Below, in pieces: positions 1 through 12,519 of a stretch of 64,000 nt of DNA. The notes under the pieces were generated by a model. The model did no database searches and was not told the DNA's origin. It worked only from the letters and a program-made list of their open reading frames with translations. Origin of the DNA: Octopus vulgaris (lineage: Eukaryota); NCBI GenBank assembly GCA_951406725.2, contig OX597823.1, positions 54,312,001 to 54,376,000 of the forward strand, read 5' to 3'. Position 1 is the stretch's first letter. The number at the start of each line of letters is the position of its first letter. Both the position numbers and the translations under genes were made by a program.

Positions 1-249
1 GAGCTCAGTGAGAGAATGAAGGTAGACAAATAACAGGAATTGATGAGCCAGGTACATGAAAATTGATGAGCCAGGCACATGAAACCAACAGTCAAAATTG
101 TCCCTTTTATTATCAGTGTACTTGGAAGAGTTTCAAAGAATCTGGATGCAAAACCTGAAATTTTAAGCATCTCAGATATATTAGGGAGTGCACAAATGAC
201 TGCGATGCTTGAAATGACTCATGTGTTGAGGAAGGTGTTGTGTCTCTGA
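1..249 (+). mobile_element. 3' end of a decayed R4/Dong-clade non-LTR retrotransposon (C-terminal RLE region)
   Basis: Translates TVKIVPFIISVLGRVSKNL...TAMLEMTHVLRKVLCL* (stop 247-249), resembling the Dong/R4 C-terminus (vvPiiigalG...llgTahilRkvL). Followed by (TAA)n. A 23-bp tandem duplication (38-60/61-83) disrupts it. Confidence 0.7.
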
Positions 250-327
250 GGTGCAAGCAAGAGTTGAGGTATAATTACGCACAACCTAATCATAAAAGAG
301 AACAACAACACTGATAATAATAATAAT

Positions 328-808
328 AATCCTTCCTACTATAGGCATAAGGCCAGAAATTTTTGGGAAGAGGACAAGTCAATAACATTGATCCTGAAAG
401 GATGAAAGGCAAAGTCGACCTTGGCAGGCTTTGAACTCAAGATGTAAGGACAGACGAAATGCTGCTAAGCATTTTACCTGACATGTTATAACAATTCTGC
501 CAGCTCACCTCCTTACTAATGATAATAATAATAATAATAATGATGATAATAATAATAATCATAATGATAATAATAATAACAATAATAACAATAACGATGA
601 TGAAATTTTTCCACAAGGGCAGCAATTTTGTGGGAGGGGATGAGTTAATTACACCAACCCCAATTTGCAACTGGTTCTTATTTTACCGACCCTGAAAGGA
701 TGAAAGGCAAAGTGGACCTCGGTGGAATTAGAACTCAGAACAGAATGATGGGCGAAATACCACTAAGCATTCTGTCCAGCATGCTAATAATTCTGTCAGG
801 TCACCACC

Positions 809-849
<41 letters not shown>

Positions 850-965
850 AATTATAATAATAACAACAATTCTTTCTACAATTGGCATTAGACCTGAAAT
901 TTTAGGTAAGGACTCTAGTCAATTACATCAGCACCAGTGCTGAATTGGCCCTCATTTTACTGAAC
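328..965 (-). mobile_element. Three copies or fragments of SINE family B interspersed with (TAA)n
   Basis: Reverse complement of GAGCTGGCAGAA..TTAGCA..GAGTTCAAA..GTCGACTTTGCCTTTCATCCTTTC.GGGTCGATAAA..AGTACCAG. Other copies at about 1912-2140(-), 13875-14035(+), 24450-24635, 24920-25120, 42505-42810, 43980-44075, 44613-44820(-), 48865-48978(-) and 63440-63635(-). Confidence 0.75.
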
Positions 966-1309
966 CTACTCCCACAAAAAATAAATAAATAATAATAATA
1001 ATAATAAATAAAAAGTAAAATCAACTTAAATAGAGAATTATTTCATATTCTCTCAAAATTTTATAAAACATCAACAATCTATTTTGATATTGTTCATTCA
1101 ATATGTATGTCTCTTTTGCAGAGCTACAGCTCTCTGCACTTCCATCTCTGTCCACACTTTTGTTAGAAAGATTGACTCACAGAAGTTCAAACTGAATATC
1201 TGCCACATCAATCTAACCAATTTGGAGGGACTATAAAGTTCTTGGATACTACCTCTTCTTTTCCAACTCATTCATTAAAAAGGGCATACAAATAGCTACA
1301 TGTTTAAGA

Positions 1310-1843
1310 AGATTGTTGTTTTGAAACTGCATGGTGTTACCACTATGTGGCATCCTGTACAGGTGTCTGCTACTATAACCTTTGGCCAACCGATGCCTTA
1401 TGATTGAATTTTATAAATGAAAAACTATGGAAGCTCATTTCTCTCTCTTTCTCTCTCTCTCTCACACACACACCACAGACACATACATATATGCATAAAC
1501 ATATTTTATTTGTGAATTAACAATGCTTCCAATGGTTTCATATGGAAACAATTTCCACAATTTTCAATTGATTCGCTTAAAAATGCTGGTAATCACCTCC
1601 ATTTTGGTTGAGACTGTATATGTGTGTATGTGTATGCCTTTGTGTCCTGTGTTTATCACTGCCAATCACTTGACAACTAGTGTTGGTTTGTTTACATCCC
1701 CGTAACTTAGCAGTTCAGCCTGTGAGACCAAGAGACAAAGTGCTAGAAATAAGTACTGAGGTCAATTTGTTTGACTAAACCCTTCAAGGTGGTGCCCCAG
1801 CATGGTCACAGTCCAATGACTGAAACAAGTAAAAGATAAAAGA
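1310..1843 (+). mobile_element. Degenerate composite SINE (A head, microsatellite, C tail)
   Basis: Diverged match to the 12007-12418 copy: CCAACC.ATGCCTTATGA..GGAAGCTC, then TTTACATCCCCGTAACTTAGC...CCAGCATGG...TGACTGAAACAAGTAAAAGA. Confidence 0.6.
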
Positions 1844-2152
1844 CTATTGTATGCATATTACCATAAAACTGTATCTTCTTTGTCTTATAAAATTCACGCT
1901 ATTCCCTTAAATACCTATTTCTTTATTACCTACAAGGGGCTAAACATAGAGTGGACAAACAAGGACAGACAAACTGATTAAGACGATTACATTGACCCCA
2001 GTGCGTAACTGTTACTTAATTTATCGACCCCGAAAGGATGAAAGGCAAAGTCGACCTCGGTGGAATTTGAACTCACAACGTAATGACAGACAAAATACCA
2101 CTAAGCATTTCGCCCGGCGTGCTAACGATTCTGCCAGACCTCCCCCACTTCG

Positions 2153-2455
2153 GTGATGAATGTCCATGGGATTGCACCTAGAAAGTTCCCCACTGGGGCA
2201 CAAGTCCAGGCAGTGTTGTTTATGGAAGACCAGCAGTTGCCCATGCATACTAGCCTCTCCCTCTTCATGCCACTGATTTGATCCAACTGCATGGCACCAG
2301 TGATGTCACAAACTCATTTTGTACTGCTGAGTGAACTGGAGCAACGCGAAATAAAGTGTCTTGTTCAAAAATGCAACACACAGCTTGGTCTAGGAATTGA
2401 ACTCACTACCTCATGATTGTGAGCCCGACATTCTAACACTGAGCCATGCACCTTC
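2153..2455 (-). mobile_element. tRNA-derived SINE family E
   Basis: Minus strand has Pol III A/B-box-like GGCTCAGTG.TTAG...GAGTTCAATTCC and body TTG.ACAAGACACTTTATTTC. Near-identical copies at 17491-17832(-) and 36140-36430(+); related copies at 20171-20420(+) and 57300-57500(-). Confidence 0.75.
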
Positions 2456-3952
2456 CCTATTACTTTCTCCTAAATACTACTCAGTCCTGTCTCAGAAGAT
2501 GCAATCCAGCAGGATTATTATTCTAACATATTTCTTCTATCCAGCCTGGAGTCCTCAATAATTAATAATTTAAAACAAATGTCCCCTAATACCTTTAGGC
2601 ACTGCACCTCCTCAGATTAGCAAAATATATTTTGTGTACATTTATGTGTGTATGTATTTTGTGGTGATGGGTCATGCCTCAGCAAAAAAACTTAAACCAT
2701 TTAAATATTATAAAGAGATTAGTGGTTGTACTGTTGCCTCCTCCACCTCATCTTCCTCCTCGTCTTCCTTTGAAGTATACATGTTAATGATAGTGGTTAA
2801 TAACAGTAGCAGATAGAGATTATAATAGGAAGAGTTTGAGGAGAGAAATGCGAGTATTATATAGCAAAGAGAGGCTGTTGACAGTGATGTGTGTGTGTGT
2901 GTGTGTGGGTTTGTGTGCGTGCGTGTGAGTGTACATGCGAGCACACACACACACACACATGAATATATATAGAGGCAGAAAGAGAAAGAGTAAGAGTGTT
3001 GTAGAAAAAATACTAATTGAAAGAATGAGACAAAAGTAAAAAAGGAACCATAGAGAGGAGGGCAATGGCAAAAGATGGATGATAGACATAGAAAGGTGGG
3101 GGAGGGGGAGGCTCCAAAGAAAGGTGACATACAAAAGAGTAGGAGAGAGAGAAAGAGAGAGAGAGAGGGAGAGAGAAAGTAGGAGAGAAAGGGGGAGAGA
3201 GAGGGAGAGAGAGAGAGATACTGAGAAGTAGAGTGGTTGAATGTAAAGTATACAGAATCTATGCAAATATGTTAATCAGGTAATTAGCAAGGTGGGACAA
3301 TGATGAAGAGGTAATAACATTATATGTAAATATATGTGTATTTGAGCATGCGTTTTTACCATGTGTGTATGCAACACTTCTATATATCTGTGTATCTGTA
3401 TGAGTTTTTATTATGATAATGTTTCTGAAAGAGAGAACATTAGAAAAGTAGAATATTAGCAAAGGACAGTGGCAGGTGAGAATTGTTGACAGGTAGGCTG
3501 ACAAAATACTAAGATGCTGACAGATTTTATCAAATGATAAGAAGGAATTTACCAGGACCAGGACATTTTCAGTGTAATTTTATGTTCCTTCCTACTGGTC
3601 TCTCTTCACAATAGTTACTGTTAAAACTATATTTCTTCTAACTCGTTCACATAGCTTTAAATCAATCTGTTATGAAAGTCTTGTAATTAATGTTCTAAAA
3701 TGCATTATTACCTGGAATTAATACTCATTAATTAAAGACGTCAACTTTCAAGTGACAAAGACAAATTCCTATAAAATCGGAAGAAAAAATTATTCCTGAA
3801 TATTTCCAAGCATTTAAGAGCAGAAAGATAAGTTTATTTTATTAATTAATATTTTGCGTTATTTTCTGATTTTCTGATAAAAAAAAAAGATCCTTGTGAA
3901 CGTGCCGTATCCTTTCGGATAATACTGGCAAGTTTTGTGTTTGTTTTCCATA

Positions 3953-4702
3953 ATGGAGAGTATGGAGCAAGATAGTCTTGATATAAACAAGTCAATGGAC
4001 AGCCTTTCAGAAGTGGACCCTTCAGTTATCTGTTCAACGAATCTCGAAAGTGGAGTTGATCCTGAAAATATTGGTGTTTCTAGAAAGAACGAAAAGGAAG
4101 AAGAGAATTTAAAACAAAAAGGCCAGGGAAATGAGGAAAAAATAGATGAGAGTGACATCAATAAAAGCGAACTGGCCAAAGATGGTGATATTGGTCAAAG
4201 TGCTGAATATAAGAAGAGTGGGAACCAGTCTCCATGTGAGACTGAAGCCAGTGGTGAAATTACAAAAGTACAATCAGTTGATGATCTATCTTCAAATACT
4301 GCAGTAGCCATTGACTCATCAGAGGTAAAATGTGTGGAGGCAGGTGAGGAGGAAAAGAAAGAAAAAGAGGACGAGGTGGAGAAAGAAACAGAGGGCAAGG
4401 AGGAGAAGGAAGAGGAGAGAAATGAGAAGAAAATTGAGGAGAGTGGGAAAGGTGAGAAAATGGAAGAAGTGACAGTAGCAGAGGCGAATGAGGAAGGGAG
4501 GGATAATCTGAGTGGTGAGCAAGTGACAGAAGACAGACATCTGTCAGAGGATTCAGTAGAAGCAAAGACCAAAGATAAAGACATCAGCTCTCAACTAGCC
4601 GCAGAGCAGTCACCACTGGGCCAACCTGCCACTGTTGATTTTGTTACACTTGAAGATGCTCCACGACTGGAAAAACCAATAACATCTATAAAAGAGATGG
4701 AG
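3953..4702 (+). CDS. Coding exon (first coding exon, variant 1) of an unidentified gene; acidic, probably disordered N-terminus of 250 aa
   Basis: Non-repetitive E/K/S/D-rich ORF MESMEQDSL...TSIKEME. In-frame stop upstream at 3920-3922. Consensus donor GAG|GTAAGT at 4702/4703. Length 750 nt, phase 0. Confidence 0.8.
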
Positions 4703-4749
4703 GTAAGTCCTTACTGCAGTAACAAGCTAGAAAAAAAAAATGCTTAGGT

Positions 4750-5320
4750 ATGTGGTTCATAGACCTGCTAGTAATAACAACCAAATTTCCTTCAATTTGT
4801 GTCCTATTACAAAAAAGGACGGCATATTCAATGTCCGTAACAACTCTTTAACACACATGTAAGGGAAACGAGAACATATTTGATATCAATAACATGTATG
4901 AGAGAGACACTAAACAATACAATAACTTAGATATGTAGTCAAATGTCCTACTTGAAATAACAACCAAATTCCCCTCAATTTGCATCCTTTTATTTAGGAT
5001 CTGTAACAACTTTAAAACATCTGTAACAACTTTAAAACGCACATGTAAGGGAAACATAAGAACATATTAAATATCAATAACATGTATATATGAGAAACAT
5101 TAAAAGATACAAAAACTTTGATATGTAGGCATCTGGCCTGCTAGAAATAACAACAAAATCTTCCTAAAAATCATACCAAAATGAATATGTTGGTTAATTT
5201 AATTTTAAATAACAATGTATTTGACCGGCAAAAGAGAAAGAAAGAGTGAAAACATGATCGTATCTGGAATGCCTTTCATCATAATTCTTCTAGGTCATAA
5301 CTAACCAAGGGCTAAATTGA
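4750..5320. repeat. Partly tandem-duplicated interspersed repeat
   Basis: CCTGCTAGAAATAACAACCAAATT-like motif recurs at about 4764, 4946 and 5137. The block CACATGTAAGGGAAAC..GAACATATT..ATATCAATAACATGTAT is duplicated. Related sequence at about 29240-29440(-) and 58975-59235. Confidence 0.5.
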
Positions 5321-5809
5321 CAACATAGACATTGAACATTTGTATATTCATTAAATTGATATATAGGTATCTTTTCCAGTTTATTTTATTTCTTTATGTC
5401 TATTATGTTACATGATACACTACATACATCTATAGAGTTGGCAAGCTTTGGTATTTCCTACATGTGTGGGATTTCCCAAATATCTGGGATTTCCTTTGGT
5501 TTTTCTGTGAATTTGTAAGTCAGGCATATATAAAATGTAATTGCTTAAAATAACAGCTACAATCCTTCAAATATTTTATCCTACCTTCTCGAAAACAGAT
5601 ATGCAATAAGGCAGGTTGTTCATGGCTGGAAGGCATCAAGTCGTAAGTCTATCCAAACAGCTTATTTGAGATGATCCAACAGACAGACACACATGTACAC
5701 ATACATATGTACATACACACATATATATGCATATACATAGCTAAACATTCAGATGACTTCTGTGTATCTTTATATGTATTCAAGTATTTCTTAATGTATA
5801 TGTTTTTAT

Positions 5810-5867
5810 GTATGTGTGTGTGTGTGTGTTTGCATCCACATGTCTATGTATCCAAGCATATCTATAA

Positions 5868-5907
<40 letters not shown>

Positions 5908-6035
5908 GTGTGTGTGTGTGTGTGTGAGTGTGTATATATATATGTAACGTATGTATATATGTATATGTATGTACATATGTTACATGCATGTACGTATGCA
6001 TATATATATGTATGTATATTATATATATGTGTATG

Positions 6036-6080
<45 letters not shown>

Positions 6081-6107
6081 CTATATATGTATGCATATAT
6101 TTGTGTA

Positions 6108-6145
<38 letters not shown>
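5810..6145. repeat. Compound (TA)n/(TG)n/(TATG)n microsatellite
   Basis: Seen directly; the source of the spurious YI/CV ORFs here. Confidence 0.95.
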
Positions 6146-6146
<1 letters not shown>

Positions 6147-6210
6147 CCGGCATTCACAATGATTGATTGCTAGCCACTTTTATTTTCTCTCTATGTTTAT
6201 TTCTGTGTTC

Positions 6211-6247
6211 ATTTCTGAAGAAGAGCGTAGGCTCGAAATATAAGACA
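6211..6247 (+). ncRNA. Degenerate minimal hammerhead-like motif
   Basis: CTGAAGA (6215-6221), A, GAGC-gtag-GCTC hairpin, then GAAA (6235-6238). Stem III and the cleavage triplet are eroded. Confidence 0.4.
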
Positions 6248-6439
6248 CTTTCTCACTTCCTGAGCATTAAACTAAGTTGCTCACAAGGTATTGAAATCTT
6301 ATATGTATACCATTCTGCCTAATAATGGATCTACAAATGCAATATCCCTGCATATCTCACATCTGTTTTCATTCCTCCACTTCACTCTCTATTTCATATC
6401 TTATCTAAATTAACTATTGCTTAACCATTCTATCACACC

Positions 6440-6487
6440 GTCTCTGATGAAGGGATATAATAAATATCCTGGAAACAGCTGTAAGAC
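6440..6487 (+). ncRNA. Minimal type I hammerhead ribozyme (Penelope/retrozyme type)
   Basis: Stem I GTCT/AGAC; core CTGATGA (6444-6450); stem II GGGATAT/ATATCCT; GAAAC (6472-6476); palindromic AGCT loop; GTA triplet with predicted cleavage after 6483. Confidence 0.75.
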
Positions 6488-6609
6488 CATCCATTTATAA
6501 ATGTTCTAAAATCTTCACAGCCATGGTTTTTATCTCATTCTGAAAAAAAAATTCATATATACATACATACATACATACATACATACATAAATATACATCT
6601 GCATGTATG

Positions 6610-6962
6610 TATGGCCCAGTGGTTAGGGCAGCGGACTCGCGGTCATAGGATCGCGGTTTCGATCCTCAGACCAGGCATTGTGAGTGTTTAGTGAGAACAC
6701 ATAATTCTCCACAAGGCTCCAGCAGGGGGTGGTGGAGAACCCTGCTGCATTTTTTCACCACAACTTTCTCTCATTCTTTCTTCCTGTTTCTGTTGCACCT
6801 GTATTTCAAGGGGCCAGCCTTGTCACATTGAGTCTCCCTGAGAACTACATTAAGGGTACACGTTCTGTGGAGTGCTCAGCCACTTGCATGTTAATTTCAC
6901 GAGCAAGCTGTTCCATTGATCGGATCAACTGGAAAGCTTGTCGCAACTGACGGAGTGCCACA
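6610..6962 (+). mobile_element. tRNA-derived SINE family F (tail type 1)
   Basis: TGGCCCAGTGGTTAGGGCAGCGGACTCGCGGTC..GGTTTCGATCC is a tRNA-like head with A/B boxes. The body is shared with 60010-60316. The tail also occurs alone at about 55190-55330(-). Confidence 0.8.
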
Positions 6963-6980
6963 ATTATATATATATATATA

Positions 6981-7510
6981 TATTAATCAAAGTATACCAT
7001 ATGATATATCCATTATGGCAGATCTTACCAATTGCTTTTGCTCTAGGGATTCAACGGAGTGTTAGATAACAGTCTGATTATGTAACCCTATACTCATCAG
7101 AGGTAGCATTATGGAATGAAATATGGCAACTGCTTTCTATTGTTTGAGGTGAATAGACACATCCGGTTTGTGGTTGCCATGGAAAAGAGAATGAATCAAT
7201 CAAGCAGGGGATTGAGTTAAGAGTCTTGCCCCTTTGTACAACCACAAACTGCATGTGTCTATTCACCTCCAACAATAGAGAGTAGTCACTGTATTTCATT
7301 CCATAACGGCTACCTCTGATGGGTGCAGGGGGGTTATGTAATTGGACTGTAACCTAACACTTTGTTGAATCCCTAGCACGAAACTGATTGGCAAGAACGG
7401 CCAGAATGGATATATAATACTGAACACTTCAATTAATATATCCACTCTACTGAGAGATATATAATTGCCTTTTTTCCCTGACTTATCGATTCTTAGACGA
7501 CTTACAAATA
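6981..7510. mobile_element. Penelope-like inverted-arm element with a hammerhead core in each arm
   Basis: Arms 6981-7123 and 7292-7440 are inverted repeats; only the right arm continues in a tail to about 7510. CTGATGA on the - strand (7094-7100) and CTGATGG...GAAAC on the + strand. Begins in (TA)n. Confidence 0.7.
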
Positions 7511-7703
7511 CATGCACATACATATATATGTTCAGCAAAAGAGACCAGAAGAATAAGTATTAGGCTTAGAAAGATATAAGTACTGGGGTCCATTCATTCA
7601 ACTAAAAATTCTTCAAGCAGAGCACCAGCATGGCTGCAGACTAATAACTGAAACAAGTAAAAGGTATATGTACGAATATACATACACATACATAATACAT
7701 ACA

Positions 7704-7738
<35 letters not shown>

Positions 7739-7940
7739 GCATGTATGTATATATGTATATGAATGTATGTACATGTATATAATAAAAGATTATCAAAGAA
7801 TGGAGTTAGCAAATTGCATGTATTGCTTAGTTGAAAATTTTTTCATTGATTTCAATTAAACCAATCTTGTGTCGTGTTGTTCCCAAGTCAACAATTACAG
7901 TTTCATCTACATGCATTGTGCAGTCTTTCCATGTCATATG

Positions 7941-7982
<42 letters not shown>

Positions 7983-8504
7983 ATATAATATAATACACAT
8001 ATATATATTATTGATATATAAGGTCAAAATCCAAGTGTAGGAAGTTTGTAAACTTCAGGCACCCTGTGGTTGGCAAAGGAAACAAAGAGTGGACTGTGTA
8101 CATTCAGAAACAATAACAATTTATTGGTGTCAAAGATTACACACTTTTACCATGTTGAAGTCACAAGGAAATTTGATAAACTGAAAATTTCTTTATAGCT
8201 CACAGTTAGCAACTAGAGTCGCTATGAATACGAATAAAAATCCAAAATGGAGTGGAATAGGTAAAATCCAAGCTACATATGATTCCTAGTTAACTGAACC
8301 TTGATGTAATAATAACTCAGTAGTTGCTCAGCTAGCTACTCATCAGGCCAAGGATACCTTAATCTTATAAAGGTTACATTGTCATTTAGGAATCCCAAGT
8401 CAACTCACCGTATATGTGATTTGAAATGTGTGATAAAGCTGGAGAAACAAACACATGTAAACTGGATATTCTCATTTTCTATATATAATATATATAATAT
8501 ATAT

Positions 8505-8750
8505 ACTCTTTTACTCTTTTACTTGTTTCAGTCATTTGACTGTGGCCATGCTGGAGCACTGCCTTTTTCAGTCGAGCAAATCGACTTCAGGACGTATTCT
8601 TTGTAAGCCTAGTACTTATTCTATCAGTCTCTTTTGCCAAAACTCTAAGTTACGGGGATGTAAACACACCAGCATAGGTTGTAAAGCGATGCTGGGGGGA
8701 CAAACACAGACACACAAACATATACACACACACATACATACATACATACA

Positions 8751-8782
<32 letters not shown>

Positions 8783-9693
8783 CATATACATACATATATA
8801 TATATACAAATTGAGATAGGGATTGTAAATGCAACCCTCCATGGGATAACATATATCCAATATACTGCTAGTGAGGTACCCAACAAAGTTAATACATAAA
8901 TGTTAAGAATTGCGATGCAATTAATTCATTTACTGTACTATATAGGCAACGGTAAAATGTTTTACCACAAATTCCTAATACAAAATAAGAAAATGAAGAA
9001 ATACATCGAAATCAAATATCAATTACCAGGTAATACTCAATCACATACTTTATTAAACCACCACATAAGAAACTATAAGGTTAAACATAATAATGTAGGG
9101 CAAAACAGTGTACATAAAAGAGTAATGTTATACAATAAGTAGAATATGTATAAGAGAAAATAAATATAAGTACACATAAATATAAATATAGACTACATCT
9201 TACAGCTGTTTCGGCCATGTAGATAAGTATGTCTCATTTTACTTATATTAGCCATTTATGGTAGGTCAATATGTAGTTATAAATGAGACATTTACAAAAA
9301 TATCCTAAGGCCTCTTCGGAGATTATGTGATACAAATCAGATTACATACATACTTATATAGGTGTGGGTACATACCCATAATAAAACATATACATATACA
9401 TATGAGTGCATATACTCATACTCCTATACATATACATAATGATATAAATAACATAAATTAATAAATGTACATATGTTCCACATTCAATGTTACAGTTTTT
9501 CAACTTAATATTGTGATAATTACAATGTAGAAAAACATACACATATTAATACCTAAATGCAGATATACAGAGTCATGAGTACATTATATTAATTCTTATT
9601 AATTTCCAAAATGTCATTAATGTTAAAGTATGTGATTGAGTATTATCTGGTAATTGATATTTGATTTCGATGTATTTTTCCATTTTCTTATTT

Positions 9694-9745
<52 letters not shown>

Positions 9746-9912
9746 TATATACAACGAGCTTCTTTCAGTTTCCGTCTACCAAATCCACTCACAAGGGTTT
9801 GGTTGGCCCAAGGCTATGGTAGAAGACACTTGCCCAATGTGCCATGCAGTGGGACTGAACCCGGAACCATGTGGTTGATAAGCAAGCTACTTACCACACA
9901 GGCACTCCTGCC
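8505..9912 (-). mobile_element. Composite SINE (A+C) split by an insertion into its internal microsatellite
   Basis: The C part (about 8505-8720) and the A head (about 9751-9912) are in the same orientation and separated by the 8808-9697 element. Confidence 0.7.
8808..9697 (-). mobile_element. Penelope-like element with hammerhead and short inverted terminal arm
   Basis: 9625-9697 is the reverse complement of about 8978-9052. The - strand reads ATCT-CCGAAGA-GGCC..long hairpin..GGCC-GAAAC-AGCT-GTA-AGAT (9323 to 9197). Flanked by (TA)n. A second copy lies at 35507-35898. Confidence 0.7.
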
Positions 9913-9914
9913 AC

Positions 9915-9951
<37 letters not shown>

Positions 9952-10145
9952 CTAGTAGCTAAGCCTGGTTTCACCTGGTCAGTTTGGATGATGTGGCTGT
10001 AAAACCTGCTCTGTGTAAGCATTCAACTTATTTGGGCATGCTTACGTTTAAAAACAATTTTTGAATGACTTTTTTCTGTCAAAACGCTAAAAATAACTGA
10101 CCAACAAAAAACCAAGATTTAACCAAATCAAAAAATAAACCCAAA

Positions 10146-10900
<755 letters not shown>

Positions 10901-10909
10901 ATATACATC

Positions 10910-11305
10910 GATCGACTCTAAGGCCTTTTGATTCTATACTTTGCTTCCACACCTGAAATTTCTTTTCTAGTTCCTGTAGTGATTCTGCTATGAGGCCAGG
11001 TCATCAGCATAGAGGAGCTCCCAGGGGCAACCCATCTTGAATTCCTCTGTTATTGCCTGGAGGACTATGATGAATAAAAGGAGACTGAGGGATGAACCTT
11101 GGTGGACCCCTACTTCTACCCGGAATTCTTCACTGTACTCATTGCCAATCCTAACCTTACTAAGGGCCTCTCTGTATAGGGCCTGTACAACCCTTATTAA
11201 GCATTTGTCAAACTCCAGTTTCTGCATCGCCCACCAGATAAGGGATCGGGGGACCCTGTCAAAAGCTTTCTCCAAGTCCACAAAAGCTAAGTATAGGGGT
11301 TTATG
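10910..11305 (-). mobile_element. RTE-clade LINE reverse transcriptase fragment (pseudogene)
   Basis: KPLYLAFVDLEKAFDRVPR...VGVHQGSSLSLLLFIIV...WELLYADDLA contains the RT motifs DxxKAFD, GxxQG and YADD. Confidence 0.9.
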
Positions 11306-12006
11306 TATATAATATAATATAATGTAATATAATATGACATGATATATATATATATATATATATATATCACGGAGATGTACTTGCATAGCAAGTGGCCTGA
11401 TCTGAGAATGTATGCTGAAACAAAAACAATTTCTGTGTGAAAGGTGTTTATAAGCCATTTAAAAATACACAAAAACCATTAGATTCACTTCAACATTTAA
11501 ATTTAGTTTGCCAAAATATTTTCAGCACTTTGAGATTGCAACCTGTTCATTGATAAAATTTCCATGCTGCATCAGAGATTTTGTAAGTGAACAGGTCGCA
11601 GTCTATTGAAAATGAAGGAATAACATTTATATGATGGTGATGTTTTGTTTACAACTGTTATATCATATGTTGTCTACACTCGAAAGATACTAACATAAAC
11701 GCAAACTTTTGCACATGTACACATACACTTGCATGATAAGCTTGTTTTAGTTTTTGTCTTCCAAATCCACTCACAAGGCTTTGGTCAGCCTGGAGCTATA
11801 GCAGAATTAGCTAAAGTGCCATGCAAGCTGACATTAAATAATGATAATGATTTTGTGTGTGTGTATGTGTGTACATATTATCAACAGCAGCAGCAGCAAC
11901 ATTTTGATGCCCACTTTTCCAGGATTTCATGAGTCAGAGAGAATGTATTGAGAAGGATTTTCTACAGCCAAATATCTGTTTCACAGTCAACCTCTAACCT
12001 GTTTTA

Positions 12007-12418
12007 GGCATAGGAGTGGCTCTGTGGTAAGTAGCTTGCTTACCAACCACATGGTTCTGGGTTCAGTCCTACTGCATGTCACCTTGGGCAAGTGTCTTCT
12101 ACTATAGCCTTGGACTGACCAAAGCCTTGTGAGTGGATTTGGTAGATGGAAACTGAAAGAAGCCCATCGTATATATGTATATATATGTATGTGTGTGTGT
12201 ATGTTTGTGTGTCTGTGTTTATTCCCCCAACATCGTTTGACAACCGATGCTGGTGTGTTTACATCCCTGTAACTTAGCGGTTTGGCAAAAAGGACCAATA
12301 GACTAAGTACTAGGCTTACAAAGAATAAATCCTGGAGTCGATTTGCTCGACTAAAAAAGGCGATGCTCCAGCATGGCCACAGTCAAATAACTGAAACAAG
12401 TAAAAGAGTAAAGAGTAT
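12007..12418 (+). mobile_element. Full-length composite tRNA-derived SINE (A head, TA/TG microsatellite, C tail)
   Basis: GGAGTGGCTCTGTGGTAAG...GGTTCAGTCC (A/B boxes), CORE-like CCTTGGGCAAGT, GTGAGTGGATTTGGTAGA..GAAGCCC, microsatellite, then tail ending (AAAGAGT)n. Similar full copies at 36495-36910(+) and 50062-50473(-). Heads only at about 21905-22048(-), 30570-30720(-), 61150-61308(+) and 63720-63870(+). Confidence 0.85.
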
Positions 12419-12519
12419 GATAATATTTGTTTGGACTAAATTTGAGTTTGCAAGAAAGGAAAAGAGAACACAACATCCCATCCAAGAATAAAAGTATTTC
12501 AAAAGATCAACTAGATTGT

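Noticed and set aside
3859-4584. Minus-strand Ser/Phe-rich ORFs (also 38995-41448)
   Set aside because: Antisense shadows of the Glu/Lys-rich + strand exons.
6610-6680. tRNA gene-like sequence
   Set aside because: No complete acceptor stem; it continues into a SINE body that recurs elsewhere.
11350-11606. Repeat with a short inverted segment (GCAACCTGTTCA / TGAACAGGTCGC) next to (TA)n
   Set aside because: The architecture resembles the hairpin class, but no CUGANGA core can be read; not called as a ribozyme.
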